This document shows positions 50,678 through 64,000 of a stretch of 64,000 nt of DNA, piece by piece. Source of the stretch: Malacoraja senta (Eukaryota); NCBI GenBank assembly GCA_038087875.1, contig CM075993.1, forward strand, positions 1,986,001 through 2,050,000, read 5' to 3'. The number at the start of each line of letters is the position of its first letter. Position 1 is the first letter of the stretch. The notes under the pieces are model-generated. The model made no database searches. It was not told the origin of the DNA and saw only the letters and a list, made by a program, of their open reading frames with translations. A program made the position numbers and the translations under genes.

Positions 50678-52013
50678 AAAGCAGCAACTCTACCGCTGCG
50701 CCACCGTGACTCCCTACTGCTCCACCAGGCCAATACCAATGTTTGACCGGGTGCCTCGTGCCTGCTCGCCTTGGTGTAACGGACAGATGGCAAAGAAAGG
50801 ACAAAATGGCTCCCTGTGAGTTCCTTGGGTCAAATAAACCACTTTAACTGAACAGCCACCCTGCAGTATTGAAGGAACTGATGCTGATATGCGCTGACAA
50901 ATGAAACATTAAACCTTGCACCTGAAAATTCTGCTAACACACTCCGGGATCACAAGTGAGATGCCTTGATGTAGAACTAATAAAAAGTTCCAAGCTGCCA
51001 AAATTCCCAACAAGTACCTTTTAATATCAAACAGGTTTAGAAGACCTACAGAATCTTTTACCTCGAATAGGACAACCAAGAACCAGAGGGCATAAAGGGT
51101 GAGGGGGAAAAGAGACCCTTCTTCAGTCACCCAGAGATGCTGCCTGTCCCGCTGAGTTACTCCAGCGTTTTGTGTCTCTCTTCATTTTGTTGTAAATATT
51201 GATCTTAGATCTTTACAGAGTGCCATAAATCACGCCCAGGCCATTTAATTGTCCATGTAAGATGCAGAACAGCATGTTTCTAAAGCCAAGAAAATGTTTA
51301 TGAGGTGGTGAAGCTGTTCAGGAGATGGTAGATAAAGGATTAGCTTTAATAGAGTGCTTGGTTGAAAGTAAACTCTGGGGCAAGACATGTTTCTAAACAG
51401 AATCCTGGACCTTTAGTGAATCGAGTTATCATTTATTCTTGAGTGGGTGAGCATGATTCAGGACGTTACCGAGTCATAGAGTCATACCGTGTAGAAAGGG
51501 GTGTGTGTACGAAAGAAATGCAGATGCTGGTTTAAATTGTAGGTAGACACAAAAAGCTGGAGTAACTCAGTGGGACAGGCAGCATCTCTGGAGAGAAGGA
51601 ATGGGTGACGTTTCGAGTTGAGACCCTTCTTCAGACTGACCAAGGGGGAAATTATCATCACCAAGACTCATCAACATGGCTGCAAGGAAATGGGAACAAT
51701 ATCTTCCAATTTCTGATCTCTTCAACTCGCCCCCAAAATAGATATCGGTCAATTTTTTTTAATTTTTAGTTTAATTTAATTTAGAGATACAGCACGGAAA
51801 CAGGCCCTTCTGCCCACCGAGTCCACGCCAGCCAGCTATCCCCGCACATTAACACCGTCCTACACACTAGGGACAATTTTTACCAAGCCAATTAGCCTAC
51901 AAATCTGCACGTCTTTGGAGTGTGGGAGGAAACCGGAGCTCCCAGAGAAACCCACGCAGGTCACGGGGAGAACGTACAAATTCCCTACAGAACCCTGGTC
52001 TCTGGCGCTGTAA

Positions 52014-52324
52014 TAGCCCTGTCCCACGGTGCGAGTTCATTTAAAAAAATCAAACTGGTGGTAAGCACGGAGAATGAACGTAGCGGGTACGTCGGAGCTC
52101 GGGGACGTCTCTTAGCGGCTCGTAACGCTAATGGCAGGTACTCGGGAAGACTCGCTAACGGCAGGTAAGCACGGGAAGACTCGTGAAGAATTTTCAACAT
52201 GATCGAAAAATGTCCACGAGAGCCCCGAGTACCGACGAGCGGCCATTACCGTAAATCTCCGAGTTTGAATCAGGGCAAACTCGGGAGAGCTCTTGGAATG
52301 AACTCGTACCGTGAGACAGTGTTT
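52014..52324. mobile_element. Harbinger-like MITE inserted in a V-SINE
   Basis: Removing it restores the SINE sequence ggcgctg-TAA-ggcagc, giving a clean TAA TSD. Confidence 0.85.
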
Positions 52325-54010
52325 TAAGGCAGCTAATCTACCGCAGCTGCCCTCTGCATCTATCCTTTATACACAGCTCAGGTTATGTCAAAGATAAAGC
52401 AAAATATATGTGCATTTCATCGCCCCAATTTGCCCTCACCGACCAACATGCCCCACATCTACACTAGTTCCACATGCCTCTGTTTTGGCCCAGATCCCTC
52501 ACAGCTGACCATAATGTCACCTTGAGCCTCCTGCAGGGGGCGAGCATGAGTCACTGTCCAAAGCCATTCGATTCAGCTGTCATCCTTTGCATATCCCTAT
52601 GTTGCGTTAAGTTTACTTTAGAGATGCAGGGTGGATAAAAACGCTGGAGAAACTCAGCGGGTGCGGCAGCATCTATGGAGCGAAGGAAATAGGCAACGTT
52701 TCGGCCCGAAACCCTGAAGGAAATAGCAACGTTTCGGGGCGAAACCCGGAAGGGTTTCGGGCCGAAACGTTGCCTATTTCCTTCGCTCCATAGATGCTGC
52801 TGCACCCGCTGAGTTTCTCCAGCATGAATAAGGTGTTATTTCCCCCCCCCCCCCCCCCGATGTTCGATGCCCTCCCCCCCCCCAGGAAAACCCTTCTTCA
52901 GCGTGGAACCCTTCTTCAGCGTGGAAACAGGCCCTTCGGCCCACCGAGTCCGTGCTGACCAGCGATCCCCGCACACGAACACTATCCTACACACACAGGG
53001 GACAATTTTTTTAAATCATACCAAGCCAATTAACCCACAAACCCTGGACGTCTTTGGAATGTGGGAGGAAACCAGAGAACCCACGGGGAGAACGTACAGA
53101 CTCCGTACAGACAGCACCCGTAGTCAGGATCGAACCTGGGTCTCTGACACCAGTAAGGCAGCAACTCTACCGCTGCACCACCGTGCCGGCCTAGCTAAAT
53201 CTGGTGTTGACTTGCATCATCTCTTCAACTGCTTGATCTCTCAAGCCCTCGACAGGCTAGCTGATAATTCTAGGCACATCGGGCTTTGCTTCTCCGTTCC
53301 TGACCTCCAGTACCTCCAGAAAAAACCGTTTGTCTTCACACTTCTCAAAGGCCACTTCATTTCAAAGACAATTATTTACAGAGCTGCTATAATTTGATAG
53401 ATTTCCTGTCATTCATTACGCCTGGCCTTGCCCATGTTGTCTTTTTCATCAGAGTTCACCGCGTTACTAAAAGGTTGTGTTTACTCCCATTGGAACAGAA
53501 CCTAAGATGTATTGAATTGAATTGAATTGAATTGAACACATTGTTGTCATGTGTGGCAAGTCCCAGTGAAATCTTTGCTTGCTCACCCAAGGTATGCTAA
53601 TGGTCGCCACCTAAAGGGCGCTGAAAAACCCACGCAGTATCCGCTGCCAGGTCCTCCTTTCTTCTTCTTCCCCCCTCCTCATGGCGGTTTCCCCCATGCC
53701 GGGTCCTCCCTTGTTCTTCTACCCCCCCCCCCTCCCCTCCATCCCCCTCCAGATCCGCTATCACCGTGACAACAGCCTTACATTGGTTTCCGTCTTCAGG
53801 TACATCGACCTCCCGGTTTTCCGCTCATTTCCTTGTAAAGTTTTGCAAGATAACGTCCATAAAGATGAACGTACTTTTTTAACAATTGTTCATTTTAGTT
53901 TAGTTCAGTTTAGTTTAGAGCTATAGCGTTGGAACAGGCTCTTCGTCCCGCAGGCCGATGGTCACCCATACACACTAGGGGTGAAGGGCCTGTTTCCACG
54001 CTGGCACTTA

Positions 54011-54226
54011 AGGGCCTGTCCCACTTTCATGACCTAATTCACGACCTTTTTTACTCGTGGACATTTTTCATCAGGCTAGAAAAACGGCCCGACCTACTTG
54101 ATGCCACGAGTACCTACGACTAGCATCACGACCTCCTACGACCTCGTGATGACCATGCTGCGAGTATGAGTCAAGGGCAAACTCGGCAGAGGTCGTGAAT
54201 TAGGTCGTGAAAGTGGGACAGGGCCT
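54011..54226. mobile_element. Harbinger-like MITE
   Basis: TIR of ~35 bp agggcctgtcccactttcatgacctaattcacgacc; TTA on both sides. Confidence 0.85.
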
Positions 54227-55204
54227 TTACAGCGCCAGAGAGCCGGGTTCGATCCTGACTACCGGTGCTGTCTGTACGGAGTTTGCACGCTCTCCCCGTG
54301 ACCTGCGTGGGTTTTCTCCGAGATCTACGGTTCCCTCCCACACTCCAAAGTCCCAGCAGGGCCAGGCAGCATCTGTGGATAGAAGGAATGGGTGACGTTT
54401 TGGGTCGAGACCCCTCTTCAGACTTAAAGTCACCCCCCATTCCTTCTCTCCGGAGATGCTGCCTGTCCCGCTGAGTTACTCCAGCATTTTGTGTCCATCT
54501 TCGGTGTAAGCCAGCACCTGCAGTTCCTTCTTGTACGTTCTCCCTGTGACCTCATGGATTTCCTCCGAGTGTCTTCCTACATCCCAATGATGTGCAGGTT
54601 GGAGCTATAGTGACTGCCGTATAATGCCCCTGATGTGTAGGGAGTGGACGAGAAAGTGGGATAGCACAGAACTAGCGTGAATGGGAGATTGACTGTTCAA
54701 ATGGACGATGGGCCGAATGGCCTGGTTTCCATTCTGTATCCCCAAATCAAACAAAATTATATTTAACTGTGGAGCTAAAACTAAGCGTTTCCTTGGTCGC
54801 ACTAACTGGTTACATTTATAATGTACGTCTGATTGTAAGATTTAATTGAATTCCTTAACATGTTTAAATTCTTGTCAACTCAGTATCATATTTTATGAGT
54901 TTCAATGTCACACACAAGAAGCCAATTTCCTCATCCAACTTTTACTGCTCATTCTGTATGTGCGTGGGTCCAATGGACAATTTTAATGTTGGCTGATAAT
55001 GGTGATGCTCTAGAGATCTTTATGTGGGGGTGTTAAAACATAAAGGGACCCCACACAAAAGGCAGCAGTGTATTCTTAGAAGCAAAAAGCCCGTTATAGT
55101 TAAGGAACGACTCTGAATTAGCAACTTGTTGAGGCATTTGTGTGCTGTAATTGGAAAGTGGGAACAACCCTATTAATGATGAGATATCCTCTGTGTTCAG
55201 CAGC

Positions 55205-55930
55205 GTGGGAGAGTCTAGGACCAGAGCGCGCAGCCTCAGAATAGAAGGATGTACCTTAAGAACGGAGATGAGGAGGAATTTCTTCATCCAGGGGGTGGTG
55301 AATCTGTGGAATTCATTGCCACAGACGGCTGTGGAGGCCAAGTCAATGGATATTTTGAAAATGGAGATTGATAAATTCTTGTTTAAGAAGGAACTGCAGA
55401 TGCTGGAAAATCGAAGGTAGACAGAAATGCTGGAGAAACTTAGCGGGTGCAGCAGCATCTATGGAGCGAAGGAAATAGGCAACGTTTCGGGCCGAAACCC
55501 TTCTTCTATGGAGCGAAGGAAATAGGCAACGTTTCTGGACGAAACCCGGAAGGGTTTCGGCCCGAAACGTTGCCTATTTCCTACAGTGGAGATTGTTCAA
55601 CACTTTGCATGGAGCGAAGGAAACGTTGCCTATTTCCTACAGTGGAGATTGTTCAACACTTTGCATGGAGCGAAGGAAACGTTGCCTATTTCGGGCCGAA
55701 ACGTTGCCTATTTCCTTCGCTCCATAGATGCTGCCTCACCCGCGGAGTTTCGGGTCGAAACCCTTCTTTAGACTCTTGATAGATTCTTGATTAGTACGGG
55801 TGTCAGGGGTTATGGGGAGAGGGCAGGAGAATGGGGTTAAAAGGGAAGGATAGATCAGCCTTGATTGAATGGTGGATCGGACCCGATGGGCCGAATGGCC
55901 TGATTCTGCTCCTCGGTGTTATGGTCTTGT
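55205..55930 (+). mobile_element. CR1 3' end interrupted by a Penelope composite (55382-55775)
   Basis: TSD ttgata(a/g)attcttg at 55368-55381 / 55776-55789. Confidence 0.85.
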
Positions 55931-56847
55931 GGTCTAACTCTGAAACAGTGCGGTGCGATCGTGATCATTCCCACCACCTCATCTGCCTTTACATCTTGAG
56001 AAGAGTTATGAGGAGAAGGCAGCAAAAATGGGATTAGTAGGCAGAGATCAGCCATGATTGAATGGCGGAATAGACTCGATGGGCCGAATGGCCTAGTTCT
56101 ACTCCTACAACTTGTGACCTTGTGATCTGAATATAGACACAAAAAGCTGGAGTAACTCAGTGGGTCAGGCAGCATCTCTGGAGAAAAAAGAATGGGTGAT
56201 ATTTCGGGGGTGGGTCGGGTCAATGTACAGGACCTGATCTGGTTTGGATAGCATTTAATACAAAGCTTTTCACCGTACTTCAATACACGTGACAATAATA
56301 AGCTTAAACCTAAACTATCCTGCCTGGCCCATGAGGATTTAGACCAAGTCGTATCCTTATCAATGTAGATGCTAATTAATTTTCTTTGTATCTAACCCCT
56401 TTCAATTAAGTTGATAGCAGAGAGTTCTCATTGCTAATACTTTCCTACACAAACACAAGGATGGAAACAAGCATATTAAGGTCATCATTTCCAACAGTGG
56501 CCACAATTAGGACCGTTGTCCTGATGCCAAGCTGGCCTTTTAGACACTTTAGACATTATAGACATTTTCAGATTTTCAATGTAAAACCCCCCTCATTAAT
56601 TTTCATCTTCTGAAGTAACTACTAAATAGTCCCCGCCTTTTATCACCCCCAACCTCAAGAAATCGGAGAGAAACAAGGAACTGCAGATGCTGGCTTGCAA
56701 AAAAGAAAAAGACACGATGTGCTGGAGTAAACTAGCGGGTCAGGCAACATCTCTGGAGAGTGTTTAGAGATAGAGATAGAGATACAGCACGGAAACAGGC
56801 CCTTCGGCCCACCGGGTCCGCGTCGACCAGCGATCCCCACACACTAA

Positions 56848-57418
56848 AGGCTCTGTCTTACGTGTTTGCGGTCATCGGCGGTGAAGCGCGGCTTCGTCTG
56901 TAGAGTGGACCGCACGGCAACGGCGATAGCGGTGAGCCTATGCCACGGGAGCGCCGCACGGATGCTGCGCGGGGGCCGAGTGATTCAAATACGGCTGGTC
57001 CCACGTGCTTGCGGTAAGTTAAAAAAAGGGCGGGCCGACTGCGATGACGTCGGCCCGCCGCACGTGACTCACTAGCGGCGGCTGTGGCGGCGGCCATCCT
57101 GATCGCGGCGCTGTAGCGGTGGCTGTGCCAGCGGCCGTGCCGCACACGTGCCTCACTGGCGGAGGCTGTGACGGTGAAAGTTCGACGCACGGCGCTCGAG
57201 CCACACTGGCGGCGGCCATGCCGCACTCGTGCATCACTGGTGGAGGCTGTGCGGTAGGAAAATATTTTTCAACAGTGTAGGTTTTATTTTAGCACCGTGC
57301 GGTGTTGGGAACAACGCCGCACGGCCCCGGAATTGTGCGTTCTCACGAGTGCGCGGTCTATGGCGGCAGATTCTTCCCGTTTCACCGCCAATGACCGCAG
57401 ACTCGTGAGATAGGCCTT
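56848..57418. mobile_element. GC/CpG-rich ~570-bp Harbinger-like MITE inserted in a V-SINE
   Basis: ~40-bp imperfect TIR; TAA TSD restores the SINE sequence cacac-TAA-cactatcc. Confidence 0.8.
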
Positions 57419-59212
57419 TAACACTATCCTGCAAACACTAGGGACAATTTACAAATATACTACCAATTTACATGACAATTTTTACATTTACAACCAAGCC
57501 AATTAACCTACAAACCCGTACGTCTTTGGAATGTGGGAGGAAACCGGGGCACCTGGAGAAAACCCACGCAGTTCACGGGGAGAACGTACAAACTCCGTAC
57601 AAACTCCGTACAGACAGCACCCGTAGTCGCTGTGAGGCAGCAACTCTACCGCTGAACCAACGAACACTGAGCAACTTATAGCATGACAATCCCCCATAGA
57701 TACCAACAGCAAGGAATGATCTGTGCTTGGAGCCCTTCTTGTTGAAGAATAACCCACTACTTACAGTAAGCCAAAGCCAGAATGTGCTATTCGGGCCTGC
57801 ACTGGCATTAATTAACATATTAAAGGAATATATTTATTTGACTAAAGCGGAAACATGTACAGTGTTTCTCAAAGCTAAGACATCAATGTTTTACAGAACA
57901 ATTAAAATCAATAGGCCTTGAAATGGTGCAGGGGTCTGATAGTTTGTGATAATAATGATCGATGGCAATGCTCCTGTCCTCCAGGTATATTTACAACAAT
58001 TCCAGTTCAGCGGGAAGCGTGTGAGTTTTGCGCGAGATTGTCTCCTCATGTCGCTCAAAGATGAAGGGTAAAGCAAGAAAGAATTATTTGTGTGAAGAAG
58101 GGACCTGAGGCCGAACGCAGATTGGAGGAACAGCACCTCATAGTTCACTTGGGCAGCGGCATGAACATTGAAGATAGACACAAAGTGCTGGAGTAACTCA
58201 GCAGAACAGGCAGCATCTCTGGATAGAAGGAATGGGCGACGTTTCAGGTCCCTTGCATTCCCTCTCTCTCTCCATCCCTCCCCACCCAAGTCGTACCAGC
58301 TTCAAAGTCGCCTTGTTGAGTCTCATTGTCTATATCCGTTCTCCCCTAACAATGGCCTGTTTCCTGTATCACCGTAACTTTTTTGCATATCTTTCATTCA
58401 CTTGTTCTATATCTCTCTAAATCACCGTCTATATCTCTTGTTTCACTTTCCCCTGACTCTCACTCTGAGGAAGGGTCTCGACCCGAAACGTCACCCATTC
58501 CTTCTCTCCAGAGATGCTGCCTGTCCCGCTGAGTTACTCTGGCATTTTGCGTCCATCTTTGGTTTTAAACCAGGTTCTGCAGTTCCTTCCCACGCATCCC
58601 GGCCTGAAACATCACTATCCATTAGATCAGTCTGAAGAAGGGTCCAAACTCAAAACCTTGACTCCACAAGTGCTGCCTGATCCACTGAGTTACTCCAGCA
58701 CTTTGTGTTTTGCTGAAGATTCCAGCATCTGCAGTTTCTTGTGTCTCCATCAAACTTTTATTCATGCTGCCTCGATTGTCAAAAGGTGGGCAGCAAAACA
58801 CCAAGACAGTCCATGGTTCATTGGTGACGTTAGTGTTGTATAGTGTTGAAGAGCATGGTGGTTGATGGGAAGACACTATTGTTGAACCTGGTGGCCAGGC
58901 TCCTGTACCAGGCTTCTTCCCCAATGGTAGGAGTGAAATGAGAGCATGGCCAGGGTGGTGTGTGTCTTCCATTATTACCTGCTGCCTTTTTAAAGCTGCA
59001 ACTCATTCAGAAAAAGGTTAGCTGGTCTAAAGAAGACTCGACCTGAAAGGTCACCCATTCCTTCTCTCCAGAGAAGCTGCCTGTCCCGCTGAGTTACTCC
59101 AGCATTTTGTGTCTGACTTTGCTGTGAGCATTGAAACCGACCGACCATCGATCACCCGTTCCCACTCGTTCCACGTTATCCCACTTTCCCATCCACTCCC
59201 TACACACTAGGA

Positions 59213-59528
59213 CAGGGGTTCCCAACCTTTCTCATCCCGTTTACCCCTGGCAACTTTAATGGCACATAGCAATGTTATTTCACTTATTCATGAACATAGA
59301 AACATAGAAACCTAGAAATTAGGTGCAGGAGTAGGCCATTCGGCCCTTCGAGCCTGCACCGCCATTCAATATGATCATGGCTGATCGTCCAACTCAGTAT
59401 CAACAATTAATGATGAACAGATACCAGAACCAAACACAGTCAGTCAATGAGAAAACATATGTACCAATCCAGAATCAACACATTTACCCCCTGGGTGGGC
59501 GACATTTACCCCAGGTTGGGAACCTTTG
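59213..59528. mobile_element. hAT-like non-autonomous DNA transposon carrying a CR1 tail
   Basis: TIR caggggttcccaacct / aggttgggaacctttg; 8-bp TSD cactagga / cattaggg (6/8). Confidence 0.7.
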
Positions 59529-60954
59529 CATTAGGGGGTATTAACAGGGTAATTAACCAACAAACACATGTCTCTAATCCAACCTGAAATGTCAACTAGC
59601 CACATCCTCCAAAGATGCTGCCTGGACTGCTGAGTTACTCCAGCACATTATGGCTTTTTGTTTGGTTAACGGTACAACGAGGAACTAGGCCCTTTTGGCC
59701 CACTGGGTCCATGCTGACAATCGATCACCCATTCACACTAGTTCTATGTTATCCCACTTTCTCATCCACTCCCTACACACTTTGGGCAATTTACAGACAA
59801 GCCCACACATCTTTGGGATATGGTCATGTCTAGTCTTTGACTGGATAGCTTGCAAACAACAGCTGCTCAATGCACCTTGGTACCCGTGACAATAACAGGC
59901 TAAAGCAAACTGGACAGGTACGTGGATAGGACAGGTTTGGAGGGATATGGACCGGGCGCAGGCAGGTGGGACGAGTGTAGCTGGGACATGTTGGCCGGTG
60001 TGGGCAAGTTGGGCCGAAGGGCCTGTTTCCACGCTGTATCACTCTATGACTCTATGAAGCATCTGGGGGAAACCCACGCGGTCACAGGGAGAACGTGAAA
60101 ACTCTACACTCACTCAGAGCCCGCGGTTGGGATCGAACCCGGGACTCTGGCAACAGATCTACCAGCCCTAGTCAGATTTAATTCAGTGCTTGCTCAGGCA
60201 TTAAAGGCACGATCTATCTTTGCAACCCCATCTCGCATTGTATCTTGCGTAGAGCGGTGGAAATCTGAATGGTCTCAGATTACTCAGTTAATCAACTTCA
60301 GGGCTGCAGGCAACGATTGTTTTCTTCTTATTGACATGCAGTAAAGATTAAAGACAGCCGCACTCTACATTGAGAATCTTCTCTGCTCTACACATTGGAA
60401 AACAACAACAAGGTTGTCTTCTTCTCGCTGTTCAAATATAAACAGGAGAGCAGGGCTGGGGGCAAATTGCAAAAGAGCTGGCCAATTATTCAACAAAAAG
60501 GCATCGTAAAGCAAGAGAGAATGTGTGCCCTGTTTACAAGCATCTGATGTGGCCCATAATTGATTTCTTAGCCTTTGCATCGTTGCCAGGTACAAATCCT
60601 ATGGAATGCGGATACGAGTTTGCTTTGAACTAGCGGCAGAGGGAAATCTAATTATTCTGGCTGAGTTGACATCTTTTATTCCACGCACGTTGCTTAAAAC
60701 TGCGGCATCTGTACCTGCTTCTATGATAGGATGGCGTTACTCCACTATGTATTGGTTACAGCAGGGTGCAATTACTGAATGTCTGAGTGCTTCAGGAAAG
60801 CTTGTCTCTTGTTGATCCATCACTGTTTTTACAGGCCTCCGACATCAGTCTGGGGAAGGGTCTCGACCCGAAACGTCACCCATTCCTTCTCTCCAGAGAT
60901 GCTGCCTGTCCCGCTGGGTTACTCCAGCATTTTGTGTCTATCTACTGATTAACA

Positions 60955-61345
60955 GAGTTTGGAAGGATGAGGGGGAACCTCATTGAAACTAACCGAATAG
61001 CCAAAGGCCTGCATAGAGTGGATGTAGAGAAGATCTTTCCACTAGTGGGAGAGTCTAGGACCAGAGATCGCAGCCCCAGAATAAAAGGACGTTCCTTTAG
61101 AAAGGAGATGAGGAGAAGGTTTTTTAGTCAGAGGGTGGTGAATCTGTGGAATTAATTTGGTGGTGGAGGCCAAGGCAGTGGATATTTTTAACATGGAGAT
61201 TGATATATTCTTGATTAGTACGGGTGTCAGGGGTTATGGGGAGAAGGCAGGAGAATGGGGTTAGGAGGGAGAGATAGATCAGCAATGCTGGATGGCGGAG
61301 TAGACTTGATGGGCTGAATGGCCTAATAATTCTCCGATAGCTTAC
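60955..61345 (+). mobile_element. CR1 LINE 3' end
   Basis: MRGNLIET...FPLVGESRTR...RVVNLWN + UTR. Confidence 0.85.
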
Positions 61346-61881
61346 AAGATTCATAGAGTGATACAGCGTGGAAACAGGCCCTTCAGCCCAACTTGCCCAC
61401 ACCGACCAACATGTCCCAGCTGCACTAGTCCCACCTGCCTGCGTTTGGCCCATTTCCCTCCAAATCTGTCCTATCCATGTACCTGTCTAACTGTTTCTTA
61501 AAGAGGTTACCTATGGCTCAGTTGCCTCAGCTGTCTCTGGATCTGGTCTTTAGCTAGTGGTTAGGGCTCTTAGGGGTAACGGAATCAAGGGATATGAGGA
61601 GAAAGCAGGAACGGGGTACTGATTTAGGATGATAAGCCATGATCATATTGAATGGCGGTGCTGGCTCGAAGGGCCGAATGGCCTACTCCTGCACCTATTT
61701 CCTATGTTTCCATGGTTCTAGTGTTGTCAACCTAGTACACCAGCACACTCTCACGAGAAACTTCATACATTCATCCACAGAATTAATTATCCTCAATATT
61801 AATCCCAGCATATATATATATTAATATCCTCAGAAACCATCTGAACTCTTGGGTGCATGCTGCTGGATATTAAAAGTGTTA

Positions 61882-62187
61882 TGGGCCTGTCCCACTGTAC
61901 GAGTTAATTCAAGAGCTCTCCCGAGTAAAAAAAAAAATCAAACTCGTGGTAACATGTAGAATGTACGTCGGAGCTCGGGGACGTCTCTTAGCGGCTCGTA
62001 ACGCTAACGGCAGGTACTCGGGAAACGCGGTAAGCTCGGGAAGACTCGTGAAGATTTTTCAACATGTCGAAAAATGTCCACGAGAGCCCCGAGTACCTAC
62101 GAGCGGCCATTACCGTAAATCTCCGAGTTCGAATCAGGGCAAACTCGGGAGAACTCTTGCATTAGCTCGTACAGTGGGACAGCCCCT
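61882..62187. mobile_element. Harbinger-like MITE (~330-bp family)
   Basis: TIR gggcctgtcccactgtacgag; TTA TSD. Confidence 0.85.
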
Positions 62188-62994
62188 TTAGAAAAATTTG
62201 CCTGTAACGGCAGAGTTACAGCCTCACAGGTCCAGATACATGTGTTTGATTCTGTTTAGTTTGGAAATACAGCACAGAAACAGGCCCTTCGGCCCAACAA
62301 GCCCGCAACCGACCAGCGATCCCCGCACACTAACACACTAAGGACAATTTACACTTATACCGAGCCAATTAACCTACAAACCTGCACGTCTTTGGAGAGT
62401 GGGAGGAAACCGGAGCACCCGGAGAAAATCCACGTGGTCACAGAGGGAACATGCAAACTCCACACAGACAGCACCTGAGGTCAGGATCGACCCGGGTCTC
62501 TGGCGCTGTGAGGCAGCAGCTCTACCGTTGCACCACTATATTTTTTTAAACTAAACTAAAGTCCTAGTCAAAATGTATCACGCAACTAAAAATTATTAAA
62601 ATAGACAATCATGTTATTATCACAATATTGTTTGTAAGAGCTTTAGTGTAATATGCCGTCACGATTCACATAAGGCTACAACAACAAGATTGCTAAATCC
62701 AATTCATTGGCTGTGCAGCATTTTTGGGATGTCCTGTCATCAATGATGCTATATAAATGCAAATGTAATGTGCATGCAAACGCCAGGGGTTGTAACTCTG
62801 CCAGAGTCAATTATATCTCTCAATGAGGCTGCCAGTAATCAAAGAGCTCTCTAGACATGCACTGTGGTAATAGCCTAGTGTCACAAGGTTCAGCATCTGA
62901 GGAGCCTGAACATCAAATACTTTACACTCAACATTTTAATTCTCCGTCCCATTCCCACGCTGACTCGTTACCACAGCCACGTATGTTTTGTCGG

Positions 62995-63388
62995 TGTAGG
63001 AAGGAACTGCAGATGCTGGTTTAAATCGAAGGGAGACACAGAATGCTGGAGTAACTCAGCGGGACAGGCAGCATCTCTGGAGAGTGACGATTCGGGTCGA
63101 GACCCTTCTTCAGACTTCCCGGCGCCTCCCTTCTATCCCGGGATTCCAGCTCCGGTTCCAGACATCCCAGTTACTCATTTGCATATCTTTCATTCATTGT
63201 TCTTTTATCTCTCCCCATCACCGTCTATATCTCTCGTTTCCCTCATCCCTAACCAGCCTGAAGAAGGGTCTCGACCCGAAACGTCACCCATGCCTTCTCT
63301 CCAGAGATGCTGCCTGTCCCGCTGAGTTACTCCAGCTTTTTGTGTCTATCTTAGGTTTAAACCAGCATCTGCAGTTCCTTCCGACACA
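62995..63388. mobile_element. Penelope inverted pair (hammerhead core 63258-63285, plus)
   Basis: Long inverted arms around an extended-UTR fragment. Confidence 0.8.
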
Positions 63389-63589
63389 TTCAACCTATTA
63401 CCTGTTTCCCGACATCCACAGTTCCTCTGAGCTCTCGATGGTAAAATCCACAGGCTTTTACCATCATGGTTGGAATAAAGCCCAGAGATAAGAAGGAAAA
63501 GTGCGAGACAAGTATAAAAAGCCAGAGGGAGGAAAGAAGCAGGGAGGTGGGGGTGTGGAGAATGGAAATAGGTGGGAATATCGGCAGAG

Positions 63590-63804
63590 TAGGAATAGTA
63601 GTAATAGGCCCCCCTCGGTCATGACTGACCATGGGTGATGTATCCTGGTCAGATGCAAGCCCGGGCGATGTCATATGGAGGACAGGCTGTTGCCCCATGC
63701 AGCACGTCCCCCCTCTCCACGTCGCTGATCGATCCAAAGGAACAGCAGGGCCGTTACAGTTTGGCACCAGCGCCGTCGCTGCCAGGAGCTGCCAGAGCGA
63801 GGTT
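63590..63804 (-). mobile_element. RTE-derived SINE-like element, cut off by a LINE tail at 63805-64000
   Basis: Tail catggtcagtcatgaccgagggg..cct + (tac)n; head gctggtgccaaactgta resembles RTE 5'UTRs. Confidence 0.5.
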
Positions 63805-64000
63805 AGAGATTAGAGATTAGAGATTCCTTTATTTGTCATTCAGACCTTTCGGTCTGAACGAAATTTCGTTGCCTGCAGTCATACATATAATAATAAATGA
63901 CAAAACACACAATAAACACAAATTAACATCCACCACAGTGAGTTCACCAGGCACCTCCTCACTGTGATGGAGGCAAAAGTCTTAAAGTCTCTGTCTCTTC

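Noticed and set aside
56848..57418. CpG-island promoter of a host gene
   Set aside because: Bounded by TIRs and a TAA TSD inside a SINE, so it is a MITE.
57985..58026. Possible 36-nt micro-exon (ctccag|GTATAT...AAGCGT|gtgagt); similar candidates near 50728 and 53799
   Set aside because: Splice-like motifs alone are common and the peptides are unrecognised; RNA-seq would be needed.

Overview
Vertebrate, gene-poor and repeat-dense DNA. It is very likely from a cartilaginous fish (skate/ray-like), inferred from HE1-type tRNA/V-SINEs that share their 3' tail with HER1/CR1-type LINEs. I found no confidently supported host exon, so the window looks intronic or intergenic. It is a mosaic of V-SINEs; 3' fragments of CR1, Rex1/Babar, L2, L1, Tx1 and Ingi/Vingi-like LINEs; Penelope-like elements (PLE, Neptune-type GIY-YIG); PIF/Harbinger-like MITEs (TAA/TTA TSD); a hAT-like MITE; RTE-derived SINEs; long micro/minisatellites; and a 200-N gap. 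The most interesting signals are self-cleaving-RNA motifs. (1) Two very short retroposons (2047-2180, 29690-29772) start with a CPEB3/HDV-type double-pseudoknot ribozyme fold and end in a tail like that of the Vingi-like LINE at 26.4-26.8 kb. (2) At least 15 intact minimal hammerhead cores lie in PLE 3' ends, including a TSD-flanked tandem pair 255 nt apart (retrozyme-like). (3) Rearranged fold-back PLE composites recur as independently inserted, TSD-flanked units. All folds and family assignments are by eye; ribozyme activity is untested and repeat boundaries are approximate.
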